Origin: Auanema rhodensis
Lineage: Eukaryota > Animalia > Nematoda
NCBI GenBank assembly: GCA_964057225.1
Contig: CAXKVF010000085.1
Span: 62,001-126,000, forward strand
Length of the DNA: 64,000 nucleotides
Direction: 5' to 3'
Shown here: piece by piece, positions 30,001-41,898 of the stretch
Position numbering within the stretch: position 1 is the first letter of the stretch
Layout: every line of letters starts with the position of its first letter
Notes under the pieces: generated by a model
Told to the model about the DNA's origin: nothing
What the model saw: the letters and a program-made list of their open reading frames with translations, nothing else
Databases searched by the model: none
Program-made: the position numbers and the translations under genes

Positions 30001-33000
30001 ATGACTTTGAAATTTACGTGAACTTTAATTTATGCTAATTAAATGTACACGTGATGTGCACTTGGTATGTAACTCGCTTCACGTGAAAGATAAAGAGATG
30101 CGGTTTTCAAAATTAGATTCCCCATGTCCATATTAGTCTAAAAACAAATTTTTATTGATATTGCTTCATGGTAACCATGACTTTGAAATTTACGTGAACT
30201 TTAATTTATGCTAATTAAATGTACACGTGATGTGCACTTGGTATGTAACTCGCTTCACGTGAAAGATAAAGAGATGCGGTTTTCAAAATTAGATTCCCCA
30301 TGTCCATATTAGTCTAAAAACAAATTTTTATTGATATTGGTTCATGGTAACCATGACTTTGAAATTTACGTGAACTTTAATTTATGCTAATTAAATGTAC
30401 ACGTGATGTGCACTTGGTATGTAACTCGCTTCACGTGAAAGATAAAGAGATGCGGTTTTCAAAATTAGATTCCCCATGTCCATATTAGTCTAAAAACAAA
30501 TTTTTATTGATATTGGTTCATGGTAACCATGACTTTGAAATTTACTTGAACTTTAATTTATGCTAATTAAATGTACACGTGATGTGCACTTGGTATGTAA
30601 CTCGCTTCACGTGAAAGATAAAGAGATGCGGTTTTCAAAATTAGATTCCCCATGTCCATATTAGTCTAAAAACAAATTTTTATTGATATTGGTGCATGGT
30701 AACCATGACTTTGAAATTTACGTGAACTTTAATTTATGCTAATTAAATGTACACGTGATGTGCACTTGGTATGTAACTCGCTTCACGTGAAAGATAAAGA
30801 GATGCGGTTTTCAAAATTAGATTCCCCATGTCCATATTAGTCTAAAAACAAATTTTTATTGATATTGGTGCATGGTAACCATGACTTTGAAATTTACGTG
30901 AACTTTAATTTATGCTAATTAAATGTACACGTGATGTGCACTTGGTATGTAACTCGCTTCATGTGAAAGATAAAGAGATGCGGTTTTCAAAATTAGATTC
31001 CCCATGTCCATATTAGTCTAAAAACAAATTTTTATTGATATTGGTTCATGGTAACCATGACTTTGAAATTTACGTGAACTTTAATTTATGCTAATTAAAT
31101 GTACACGTGATGTGCACTTGGTATGTAACTCGCTTCACGTGAAAGATAAAGAGATGCGGTTTTCAAAATTAGATTCCCCATGTCCATATTAGTCTAAAAA
31201 CAAATTTTTATTGATATTGGTGCATGGTAACCATGACTTTGAAAGTTACGTGAACTTTAATTTATGCTAATTAAATGTACACGTGATGTGCACTTGGTAT
31301 GTAACTCGCTTCACGTGAAAGATAAAGAGATGCGGTTTTCAAAATTAGATTCCCCATGTCCATATTAGTCTAAAAACAAATTTTTATTGATATTGGTTCA
31401 TGGTAACCATGACTTTGAAATTTACGTGAACTTTAATTTATGCTAATTAAATGTACACGTGATGTGCACTTGGTATGTAACTCGCTTCACGTGAAAGATA
31501 AAGAGATGCGGTTTTCAAAATTAGATTCCCCATGTCCATATTAGTCTAAAAACAAATTTTTATTGATATTGGTGCATGGTAACCATGACTTTGAAATTTA
31601 CGTGAACTTTAATTTATGCTAATTAAATGTACACGTGATGTGCACTTGGTATGTAACTCGCTTCACGTGAAAGATGAAGAGATGCGGTTTTCAAAATTAG
31701 ATTCCCCATGTCCATATTAGTCTAAAAACAAATTTTTATTGATATTGGTGCATGGTAACCATGACTTTGAAATTTACGTGAACTTTAATTTATGCTAATT
31801 AAATGTACACGTGATGTGCACTTGGTATGTAACTCGCTTCACGTGAAAGATAAAGAGATGCGGTTTTCAAAATTAGATTCCCCATGTCCATATTAGTCTA
31901 AAAACAAATTTTTATTGATATTGGTTCATGGTAACCATGACATTGAAATTTACGTGAACTTTAATTTATGCTAATTAAATGTACACGTGATGTGCACTTG
32001 GTATGTAACTCGCTTCACGTGAAAGATAAAGAGATGCGGTTTTCAAAATTAGATCCCCCATGTCCATATTAGTCTAAAAACAAATTTTTATTGATATTGG
32101 TGCATGGTAACCATGACTTTGAAATTTACGTGAACTTTAATTTATGCTAATTAAATGTACACGTGATGTGCACTTGGTATGTAACTCGCTTCACGTGAAA
32201 GATAAAGAGATGCGGTTTTCAAAATTAGATCCCCCATGTCCATATTAGTCTAAAAACAAATTTTTATTGATATTGGTGCATGGTAACCATGACTTTGAAA
32301 TTTACGTGAACTTTAATTTATGCTAATTAAATGTACACGTGATGTGCACTTGGTATGTAACTCGCTTCACGTGAAAGATAAAGAGATGCGGTTTTCAAAA
32401 TTAGATTCCCCATGTCCATATTAGTCTAAAAACAAATTTTTATTGATATTGCTTCATGGTAACCATGACTTTGAAATTTACGTGAACTTTAATTTATGCT
32501 AATTAAATGTACACGTGATGTGCACTTGGTATGTAACTCGCTTCACGTGAAAGATAAAGAGATGCGGTTTTCAAAATTAGATTTCCCATGTCCATATTAG
32601 TCTAAAAACAAATTTTTATTGATATTGGTTCATGGTAACCATGACTTTGAAATTTACGTGAACTTTAATTTATGCTAATTAAATGTACACGTGATGTGCA
32701 CTTGGTATGTAACTCGCTTCACGTGAAAGATAAAGAGATGCGGTTTTCAAAATTAGATTCCCCATGTCCATATTAGTCTAAAAGAAATTTTTATTGATAT
32801 TGCTTCATGGTAACCATGACTTTGAAATTTACGTGAACTTTAATTTATGCTAATTAAATGTACACGTGATGTGCACTTGGTATGTAACTCGCTTCACGTG
32901 AAAGATAAAGAGATGCGGTTTTCAAAATTAGATTCCCCATGTCCATATTAGTCTAAAAACAAATTTTTATTGATATTGCTTCATGGTAACCATGACTTTG

Positions 33001-36000
33001 AAATTTACGTGAACTTTAATTTATGCTAATCAAATGTACACGTGATGTGCACTTGGTATGTAACTCGCTTCACGTGAAAGATAAAGAGATGCGGTTTTCA
33101 AAATTAGATTCCCCATGTCCATATTAGTCTAAAAACAAATTTTTATTGATATTGGTTCATGGTAACCATGACTTTGAAATTTACGTGAACTTTAATTTAT
33201 GCTAATTAAATGTACACGTGATGTGCACTTGGTATGTAACTCGCTTCACGTGAAAGATAAAGAGATGCGGTTTTCAAAATTAGATTCCCCATGTCCATAT
33301 TAGTCTAAAAACAAATTTTTATTGATATTGGTTCATGGTAACCATGACTTTGAAATTTACGTGAACTTTAATTTATGCTAATTAAATGTACACGTGATGT
33401 GCACTTGGTATGTAACTCGCTTCACGTGAAAGATAAAGAGATGCGGTTTTCAAAATTAGATTCCCCATGTCCATATTAGTCTAAAAACAAATTTTTATTG
33501 ATATTGGTGCATGGTAACCATGACTTTGAAATTTACGTGAACTTTAATTTATGCTAATTAAATGTACACGTGATGTGCACTTGGTATGTAACTCGCTTCA
33601 CGTGAAAGATAAAGAGATGCGGTTTTCAAAATTAGATTCCCCATGTCCATATTAGTCTAAAAACAAATTTTTATTGATATTGGTGCATGGTAACCATGAC
33701 TTTGAAATTTACGTGAACTTTAATTTATGCTAATTAAATGTACACGTGATGTGCACTTGGTATGTAACTCGCTTCATGTGAAAGATAAAGAGATGCGGTT
33801 TTCAAAATTAGATTCCCCATGTCCATATTAGTCTAAAAACAAATTTTTATTGATATTGGTTCATGGTAACCATGACTTTGAAATTTACGTGAACTTTAAT
33901 TTATGCTAATTAAATGTACACGTGATGTGCACTTGGTATGTAACTCGCTTCATGTGAAAGATAAAGAGATGCGGTTTTCAAAATTAGATTCCCCATGTCC
34001 ATATTAGTTTAAAAACAAATTTTTATTGATATTGCTTCATGGTAACCATGACTTTGAAATTTACGTGAACTTTAATTTATGCTAATTAAATGTACACGTG
34101 ATGTGCACTTGGTATGTAACTCGCTTCACGTGAAAGATAAAGAGATGCGGTTTTCAAATTTAGATTCCCCATGTCCATATTAGTCTAAAAACAAATTTTT
34201 ATTGATATTGGTGCATGGTAACCATGACTTTGAAATTTACGTGAACTTTAATTTATGCTAATTAAATGTACACGTGATGTGCACTTGGTATGTAACTCGC
34301 TTCATGTGAAAGATAAAGAGATGCGGTTTTCAAAATTAGATTCCCTATGTCCATATTAGTTTAAAAACAAATTTTTATTGATATTGCTTCATGGTAACCA
34401 TGACTTTGAAATTTACGTGAACTTTAATTTATGCTAATTAAATGTACACGTGATGTGCACTTGGTATGTAACTCGCTTCACGTGAAAGATGAAGAGATGC
34501 GGTTTTCAAAATTAGATCCCCCATGTCCATATTAGTCTAAAAACAAATTTTTATTGATATTGGTTCATGGTAACCATGACTTTGAAATTTACGTGAACTT
34601 TAATTTATGCTAATTAAATGTACACGTGATGTGCACTTGGTATGTAACTCGCTTCACGTGAAAGATAAAGAGATGCGGTTTTCAAAATTAGATTCCCCAT
34701 GTCCATATTAGTCTAAAAACAAATTTTTATTGATATTGGTTCATGGTAACCATGACTTTGAAATTTACGTGAACTTTAATTTATGCTAATTAAATGTACA
34801 CGTGATGTGCACTTGGTATGTAACTCGCTTCACGTGAAAGATAAAGAGATGCGGTTTTCAAAATTAGATCCCCCATGTCCATATTAGTCTAAAAACAAAT
34901 TTTTATTGATATTGGTGCATGGTAACCATGACTTTGAAATTTACGTGAACTTTAATTTATGCTAATTAAATGTACACGTGATGTGCACTTGGTATGTAAC
35001 TCGCTTCACGTGAAAGATAAAGAGATGCGGTTTTCAAAATTAGATTCCCCATGTCCATATTAGTCTAAAAACAAATTTTTATTGATATTGGTGCATGGTA
35101 ACCATGACTTTGAAATTTACGTGAACTTTAATTTATGCTAATTAAATGTATACGTGATGTGCACTTGGTATGTAACTCGCTTCATGTGAAAGATAAAGAG
35201 ATGCGGTTTTCAAAATTAGATTCCCCATGTCCATATTAGTCTAAAAACAAATTTTTATTGATATTGGTTCATGGTAACCATGACTTTGAAATTTACGTGA
35301 ACTTTAATTTATGCTAATTAAATGTACACGTGATGTGCACTTGGTATGTAACTCGCTTCACGTGAAAGATAAAGAGATGCGGTTTTCAAAATTAGATCCC
35401 CCATGTCCATATTAGTCTAAAAACAAATTTTTATTGATATTGGTGCATGGTAACCATGACTTTGAAATTTACGTGAACTTTAATTTATGCTAATTAAATG
35501 TACACGTGATGTGCACTTGGTATGTAACTCGCTTCACGTGAAAGATAAAGAGATGCGGTTTTCAAAATTAGATTCCCCATGTCCATATTAGTCTAAAAAC
35601 AAATTTTTATTGATATTGGTGCATGGTAACCATGACTTTGAAATTTACGTGAACTTTAATTTATGCTAATTAAATGTATACGTGATGTGCACTTGGTATG
35701 TAACTCGCTTCATGTGAAAGATAAAGAGATGCGGTTTTCAAAATTAGATTCCCCATGTCCATATTAGTCTAAAAACAAATTTTTATTGATATTGCTTCAT
35801 GGTAACCATGACTTTGAAATTTACGTGAACTTTAATTTATGCTAATTAAATGTACACGTGATGTGCACTTGGTATGTAACTCGCTTCATGTGAAAGATAA
35901 AGAGATGCGGTTTTCAAAATTAGATTCCCCATGTCCATATTAGTTTAAAAACAAATTTTTATTGATATTGCTTCATGGTAACCATGACTTTGAAATTTAC

Positions 36001-38943
36001 GTGAACTTTAATTTATGCTAATTAAATGTACACGTGATGTGCACTTGGCATGTAACTCGCTTCACGTGAAAGATAAAGAGATGCGGTTTTCAAATTTAGA
36101 TTCCCCATGTCCATATTAGTTTAAAAACAATTTTTTATTGATATTGGTGCATGGTAACCATGACTTTGAAATTTACGTGAACTTTAATTTATGCTAATTA
36201 AATGTACACGTGATGTGCACTTGGTATGTAACTCGCTTCACGTGAAAGATAAAGAGATGCGGTTTTCAAAATTAGATTCCCCATGTCCATATTAGTCTAA
36301 AAACAAATTTTTATTGATATTGGTTCATGGTAACCATGACTTTGAAATTTACGTGAACTTTAATTTATGCTAATTAAATGTACACGTGATGTGCACTTGG
36401 TATGTAACTCGCTTCACGTGAAAGATAAAGAGATGCGGTTTTCAAAATTAGATTCCCCATGTCCATATTAGTTTAAAAACAAATTTTTATTGATATTGGT
36501 GCATGGTAACCATGACTTTGAAATTTACGTGAACTTTAATTTATGCTAATTAAATGTACACGTGATGTGCACTTGGTATGTAACTCGCTTCACGTGAAAG
36601 ATAAAGAGATACGGTTTTCAAAATTAGATTCCCCATGTCCATATTAGTCTAAAAACAAATTTTTATTAATATTGGTTCATGGTAACCATGACTTTGAAAT
36701 TTACGTGAACTTTAATTTATGCTAATTAAATGTACACGTGATGTGCACTTGGTATGTAACTCGCTTCACGTGAAAGATAAAGAGATACGGTTTTCAAAAT
36801 TAGATTCCCCATGTCCATATTAGTCTAAAAACAAATTTTTATTGATATTGGTGCATGGTAACCATGACTTTGAAATTTACGTGAACTTTAATTTATGCTA
36901 ATTAAATGTACACGTGATGTGCACTTGGTATGTAACTCGCTTCACGTGAAAGATGAAGAGATGCGGTTTTCAAAATTAGATTCCCCATGTCCATATTAAA
37001 CTAAAAACAAATTTTTATTGATATTGGTGCATGGTAACCATGACTTTGAAATTTACGTGAACTTTAATTTATGCTAATTAAATGTACACGTGATGTGCAC
37101 TTGGTATGTAACTCGCTTCACGTGAAAGATAAAGAGATGCGGTTTTCAAAATTAGATTCCCCATGTCCATATTAGTCTAAAAACAAATTTTTATTGATAT
37201 TGGTTCATGGTAACCATGACATTGAAATTTACGTGAACTTTAATTTATGCTAATTAAATGTACACGTGATGTGCACTTGGTATGTAACTCGCTTCACGTG
37301 AAAGATAAAGAGATGCGGTTTTCAAAATTAGATTCCCCATGTCCATATTAGTCTAAAAACAAATTTTTATTGATATTGCTTCATGGTAACCATGACTTTG
37401 AAATTTACGTGAACTTTAATTTATGCTAATTAAATGTACACGTGATGTGCACTTGGTATGTAACTCGCTTCACGTGAAAGATAAAGAGATGCGGTTTTCA
37501 AAATTAGATTTCCCATGTCCATATTAGTCTAAAAACAAATTTTTATTGATATTGGTTCATGGTAACCATGACTTTGAAATTTACGTGAACTTTAATTTAT
37601 GCTAATTAAATGTACACGTGATGTGCACTTGGTATGTAACTCGCTTCACGTGAAAGATAAAGAGATGCGGTTTTCAAAATTAGATTCCCCATGTCCATAT
37701 TAGTCTAAAAGAAATTTTTATTGATATTGCTTCATGGTAACCATGACTTTGAAATTTACGTGAACTTTAATTTATGCTAATTAAATGTACACGTGATGTG
37801 CACTTGGTATGTAACTCGCTTCACGTGAAAGATAAAGAGATGCGGTTTTCAAAATTAGATTCCCCATGTCCATATTAGTCTAAAAACAAATTTTTATTGA
37901 TATTGCTTCATGGTAACCATGACTTTGAAATTTACGTGAACTTTAATTTATGCTAATTAAATGTACACGTGATGTGCACTTGGTGTGTAACTCGCTTCAC
38001 GTGAAAGATAAAGAGATGCGGTTTTCAAAATTAGATTCCCCATGTCCATATTAGTCTAAAAACAAATTTTTATTGATATTGGTTCATGGTAACCATGACT
38101 TTGAAATTTACGTGAACTTTAATTTATGCTAATTAAATGTACACGTGATGTGCACTTGGTATGTAACTCGCTTCACGTGAAAGATAAAGAGATGCGGTTT
38201 TCAAAATTAGATTCCCCATGTCCATATTAGTCTAAAAACAAATTTTTATTGATATTGCTTCATGGTAACCATGACTTTGAAATTTAAGTGAACTTTAATT
38301 TATGCTAATTAAATGTACACGTGATGTGCACTTGGTATGTAACTCGCTTCACGTGAAAGATAAAGAGATGCGGTTTTCAAAATTAGATTCCCCATGTCCA
38401 TATTAGTCTAAAAACAAATTTTTATTGATATTGGTTCATGGTAACCATGACTTTGAAATTTACGTGAACTTTAATTTATGCTAATTAAATGTACACGTGA
38501 TGTGCACTTGGTATGTAACTCGCTTCACGTGAAAGATAAAGAGATGCGGTTTTCAAAATTAGATTCCCCATGTCCATATTAGTCTAAAAACAAATTTTTA
38601 TTGATATTGGTTCATGGTAACCATGACTTTGAAATTTACGTGAACTTTAATTTATGCTAATTAAATGTACACGTGATGTGCACTTGGTATGTAACTCGCT
38701 TCACGTGAAAGATAAAGAGATGCGGTTTTCAAAATTAGATTCCCCATGTCCATATTAGTCTAAAAACAAATTTTTATTGATATTGGTGCATGGTAACCAT
38801 GACTTTGAAATTTACGTGAACTTTAATTTATGCTAATTAAATGTACACGTGATGTGCACTTGGTATGTAACTCGCTTCACGTGAAAGATAAAGAGATGCG
38901 GTTTTCAAAATTAGATTCCCCATGTCCATATTAGTCTAAAAAC
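1..38943. repeat. 176-bp satellite DNA tandem array, left block (~221 monomers, continues off the left edge)
   Basis: GAGATGCGGTTTTCAAAATTAG recurs at 1, 177, 353 ... 2641 (15x176+1), 5281, 7921, 10561. Monomers differ by only a few substitutions. Four 1-bp deletions occur (near 13074, 29969, 32784, 37711). Confidence 0.99.
38936..38943 (+). repeat. Target-site duplication CTAAAAAC, left of LINE copy 1
   Basis: The satellite reads ...TTAGTCTAAAAAC, switches to non-satellite sequence at 38944, and resumes with CTAAAAAC at 41899-41906. The exact length (5-8 bp) is ambiguous because of junction microhomology. Confidence 0.88.
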
Positions 38944-39023
38944 TCAAAAAAAATCATTTATTCAATCGTACTCTTGTTCTCACAGGTGACCTTAATTTTC
39001 CTAAAATAAACTGGGATCTTGGT

Positions 39024-41360
39024 ATGTGTTCTCAACCTACTCCTTCGAGTAAAACTTTACTTAAATTTCTCAATCACAACTGTCTCAACCAGCTGGTCCA
39101 TTTCCCTACAAGAGGTGAAAATACTCTTGACTATATCATTACAAACAACGTCGAATGTATCAACAACATCAACCGTTCTGCTCCTCTAGGAGCTTCTGAC
39201 CATTTTTCAATAACTTTCCATATACTTTCAAAAGGGCAGAGTTTACAAATCCAAAATTCACGTAGTGTTCAATCCACACTTCTTTCCACTTCAACGGAAC
39301 GGAATTTTCTTCTGGCGGACTATGAGCTCATCAATAGGCAACTAGCCAACATTGATTTCTGTTCTGAACTTTCAGGCTTCAGTCCACTCCAATCTTATTC
39401 TAGATTCATTTCTATTTTACACTCAATCATTAATACTTTTGTTCCTAAAAAACAACCAAGGAAAAATAAAAAAGTGGATCGTGACATTATAAAACTCAGA
39501 AACTATATAAACAGGCTAAGTTGTTCTTTATACTCATCTGACGAAATCCATCGTAAAAATCTTTCAATCAAATTGGACAAACTCATAAAAATCAAATGTG
39601 CTTCAGAAGAAGAGCGTATCGCTGCTTTAAAAAATCCTAAACTTTTCTATCGTTTTTGTAAATCCCGATTAAATGGTAATACATCGGACGTTCCCAACCT
39701 CACTGTCAATAATGAGACAGTTTCTTCAGATGTCGGTAAAGTGTCAGCATTCGCTAATGTTTTCACTGTTTCTCCACTGGTCCATCCAGAAACAACTCAC
39801 ACACCCGCTCCTTCTTTCACACACAATCATACCATTGATTTTATAGACATAACACCTGATTTAGTCTACAAAACTCTTCAAAATCTACCACTCAGAGTTT
39901 CTACGTCCCCGGATGGCATACCATACTATTTTCTCAAACAGTGTGCTTTTTCCTTAGCTAATCCATTAGCTTTTATTTTTCACAATTTGCTGGTTTCCGC
40001 TACTTGTCCTTCCGATTGGAAATTAGCCTGGATTCGTCCCATTTTCAAGACAGGCAAATCTGACGATCCAGGTAACTACCGCCCAATTTCACTCACTTCC
40101 AGTCTTTCAAAAGTTTTTGAGCGTATCATACGTACTCCACTTTTGAATTTCGGTATTTCTAATGGTGCCATATCAACAAATCAACACGCCTTTCTTCCTA
40201 AAAGAAACACTGTTTCTGCTATTCTCAGTAGCCACATTTTCTTTAGGTCTTCATTGGACTGCAATATTCCGGTTTTCGTAGCTTTTATTGATTTTTCAAA
40301 AGCTTTCGATCTTATAAACCACTTTACTCTTTTTTCAAAGCTCAACTCTATAGGAATCAAGGGCCCACTTTATTATTTTCTCCAAAGTTTTATTTCTGGT
40401 AGGTCTTTTTCAGTTATGGTCAATAATATTTTATCACCACCTGTACAACTCACTTGTGGTGTACCACAAGGTACAGTACTTGGTCCTTTGTTGTTTTTGT
40501 ATTACATCAATGATATTACATCAAGTTTTCCTGCTGATGTTAACTCTATTCTCTATGCAGACGATTTGAAACTGTACAGTACTAACCCTACCAGTCTACA
40601 ACGTGCTCTTGATCAATTAGAACTATGGTGCAACTCCAACGGAATGGCCGTCAACACTTCTAAATCTAAAATAATGGTAATATCAAGTAAGTCGATCCGT
40701 CATCCTGAAAATATTGCCTTCACCTTCGGTGACAGTAACCTATCTTTAGTAGATTGCTACAAAGATCTAGGAGTTTTAACAAACTCTAATCTCTCTTTTT
40801 CAAACCACATAAACAAAATTACAAGCGAAGCGGCACGGAAATGTCGAATAATTTTACGTTGTTTTTACTCCAAATCACCTTTTCTAATGTATAATCTTTT
40901 TTGCACTTATATACGACCGATTCTAGAATATGCTACCATTATTTGGTCACCACAGGATTCTAAAGACAAGGACCAGATCGAATACGTCCAGAAAAAGTTT
41001 TTGCGCGCAGTTTTCATGCGCTCTGGATCTAAAATAAACTATGAAAATCAACTTTCTTTATTAGGAGGTCAAAAGTTATTTTTCAGAAGACTCGTTTTTG
41101 ATTTGATTTTTTATTTTAACCAAATAAAGTCGCCTACTTCAGATAATAGCTTGGATATTCTTAAGCTCAAAAAGTACACACACTTCATGAGGCGACATGA
41201 ATGGAGTGTTGAGCATCCCAACCTCCGGAAAACTCAGACCAGAAGAGGTATTGAATACAGAGGCATAGACACTTGGAACTCAATACCAGAGAACATTGTC
41301 AATCTTGAAAAAGCTGTCAACTTCCGTAAACATCTTCAAGTTTTTCTTAAGAATCATTAA
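39024..41360 (+). CDS. LINE ORF2 (partial APE endonuclease + reverse transcriptase), N-terminally truncated, 778 aa from an internal ATG
   Basis: EN motifs are TRGENTLDYII and SDH. The frame stays open upstream to the junction (LKKNHLFNRTLVLTGDLNFPKINW, with GDLN at 38985). RT motifs are PDG, WKLAWIRPIFKTG, NYRPISL, QHAF, DFSKAFD, GVPQGTVLGPLLF, YADD, YKDLGV and RPILEY. There are no stops or frameshifts. Confidence 0.93.
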   Translation: MCSQPTPSSKTLLKFLNHNCLNQLVHFPTRGENTLDYIITNNVECINNINRSAPLGASDHFSITFHILSKGQSLQIQNSRSVQSTLLSTSTERNFLLADYELINRQLANIDFCSELSGFSPLQSYSRFISILHSIINTFVPKKQPRKNKKVDRDIIKLRNYINRLSCSLYSSDEIHRKNLSIKLDKLIKIKCASEEERIAALKNPKLFYRFCKSRLNGNTSDVPNLTVNNETVSSDVGKVSAFANVFTVSPLVHPETTHTPAPSFTHNHTIDFIDITPDLVYKTLQNLPLRVSTSPDGIPYYFLKQCAFSLANPLAFIFHNLLVSATCPSDWKLAWIRPIFKTGKSDDPGNYRPISLTSSLSKVFERIIRTPLLNFGISNGAISTNQHAFLPKRNTVSAILSSHIFFRSSLDCNIPVFVAFIDFSKAFDLINHFTLFSKLNSIGIKGPLYYFLQSFISGRSFSVMVNNILSPPVQLTCGVPQGTVLGPLLFLYYINDITSSFPADVNSILYADDLKLYSTNPTSLQRALDQLELWCNSNGMAVNTSKSKIMVISSKSIRHPENIAFTFGDSNLSLVDCYKDLGVLTNSNLSFSNHINKITSEAARKCRIILRCFYSKSPFLMYNLFCTYIRPILEYATIIWSPQDSKDKDQIEYVQKKFLRAVFMRSGSKINYENQLSLLGGQKLFFRRLVFDLIFYFNQIKSPTSDNSLDILKLKKYTHFMRRHEWSVEHPNLRKTQTRRGIEYRGIDTWNSIPENIVNLEKAVNFRKHLQVFLKNH

Positions 41361-41898
41361 ATTTATTTTTCTCATTTTTGTACTATATTTGTCTAGCGTC
41401 CTATTTTTTTGAATTATTGTCTCAATATGTTTTTTTATAACTTTTTAAAGCTAAGTAACTTTATGTGTCACTGTTTTGTTCCAACCACATCCTCGCTTCC
41501 TTCTTTGCTACACTGTTACTTCACCATAGTTTCTATAGGCATTAGCCATACGAACCAGGTGACAGTTACCTCTTCTTACCAGAACGGGCTCGACTTTATT
41601 ATAAGTTCCACCGCACCTGGTAAACGTAAAAAAAGAGGTCAGATCACTTATCTGATTTGAACAACTCCCCTGTTTTTTGAGAATGGGTTAACATTTCATA
41701 ATACATAGAGAGACTAGCTAAAAGTATGTATCTTAAAAGACAAAATTGATTCAATAACTCTTCTCAACTTTGCACATTTATTGCTTATTCATTTTTTAAT
41801 TTTTATAATTATGTTCGTATTGTAAGGATCTTTTTTCATACTTCTTCTCTTAAAAACCACTAATGTTACAACCTGTGATAAAGAACAATAAACCTTGA
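41361..41898 (+). other. 3' UTR of LINE copy 1 (538 bp) with a structured core at 41538-41655
   Basis: Lies between the ORF2 stop codon and the TSD. AT-rich flanks surround a more GC-rich core with several complementary segments. Confidence 0.8.
41887..41892 (+). promoter_or_regulatory. AATAAA polyadenylation-type signal at the LINE 3' terminus (copy 1)
   Basis: AATAAA is followed by 6 nt (CCTTGA) and then the TSD. Confidence 0.6.

Larger units (their letters stand above)
38944..41898 (+). mobile_element. 5'-truncated non-LTR retrotransposon (LINE, CR1/L2 group), copy 1, 2,955 bp
   Basis: Non-satellite insert with TSD, a partial APE endonuclease plus RT reading frame, and a 3' UTR ending AATAAACCTTGA. 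There are no LTRs or TIRs and no ORF1. The clade call rests on motif similarity only. Confidence 0.95.

Noticed and set aside
39024-39026. ATG at 39024 as the natural ORF2 start
   Set aside because: The frame and the conserved GDLN endonuclease motif continue upstream to the insertion junction, so this is an internal Met of a truncated ORF.
41549-41655. Canonical HDV-like or hammerhead ribozyme in the 3' UTR
   Set aside because: The helix order is suggestive, but P1.1, P4 and J4/2 are missing and there is no CUGAUGA/GAAA hammerhead core. Retained only as a generic pseudoknot candidate.
41409-41660. 83-aa ORF after ORF2 (and its copy at 46660-46911)
   Set aside because: It starts at TTG within a T-run, has no recognisable motif and lies in the LINE 3' UTR. 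It is most likely a chance frame.
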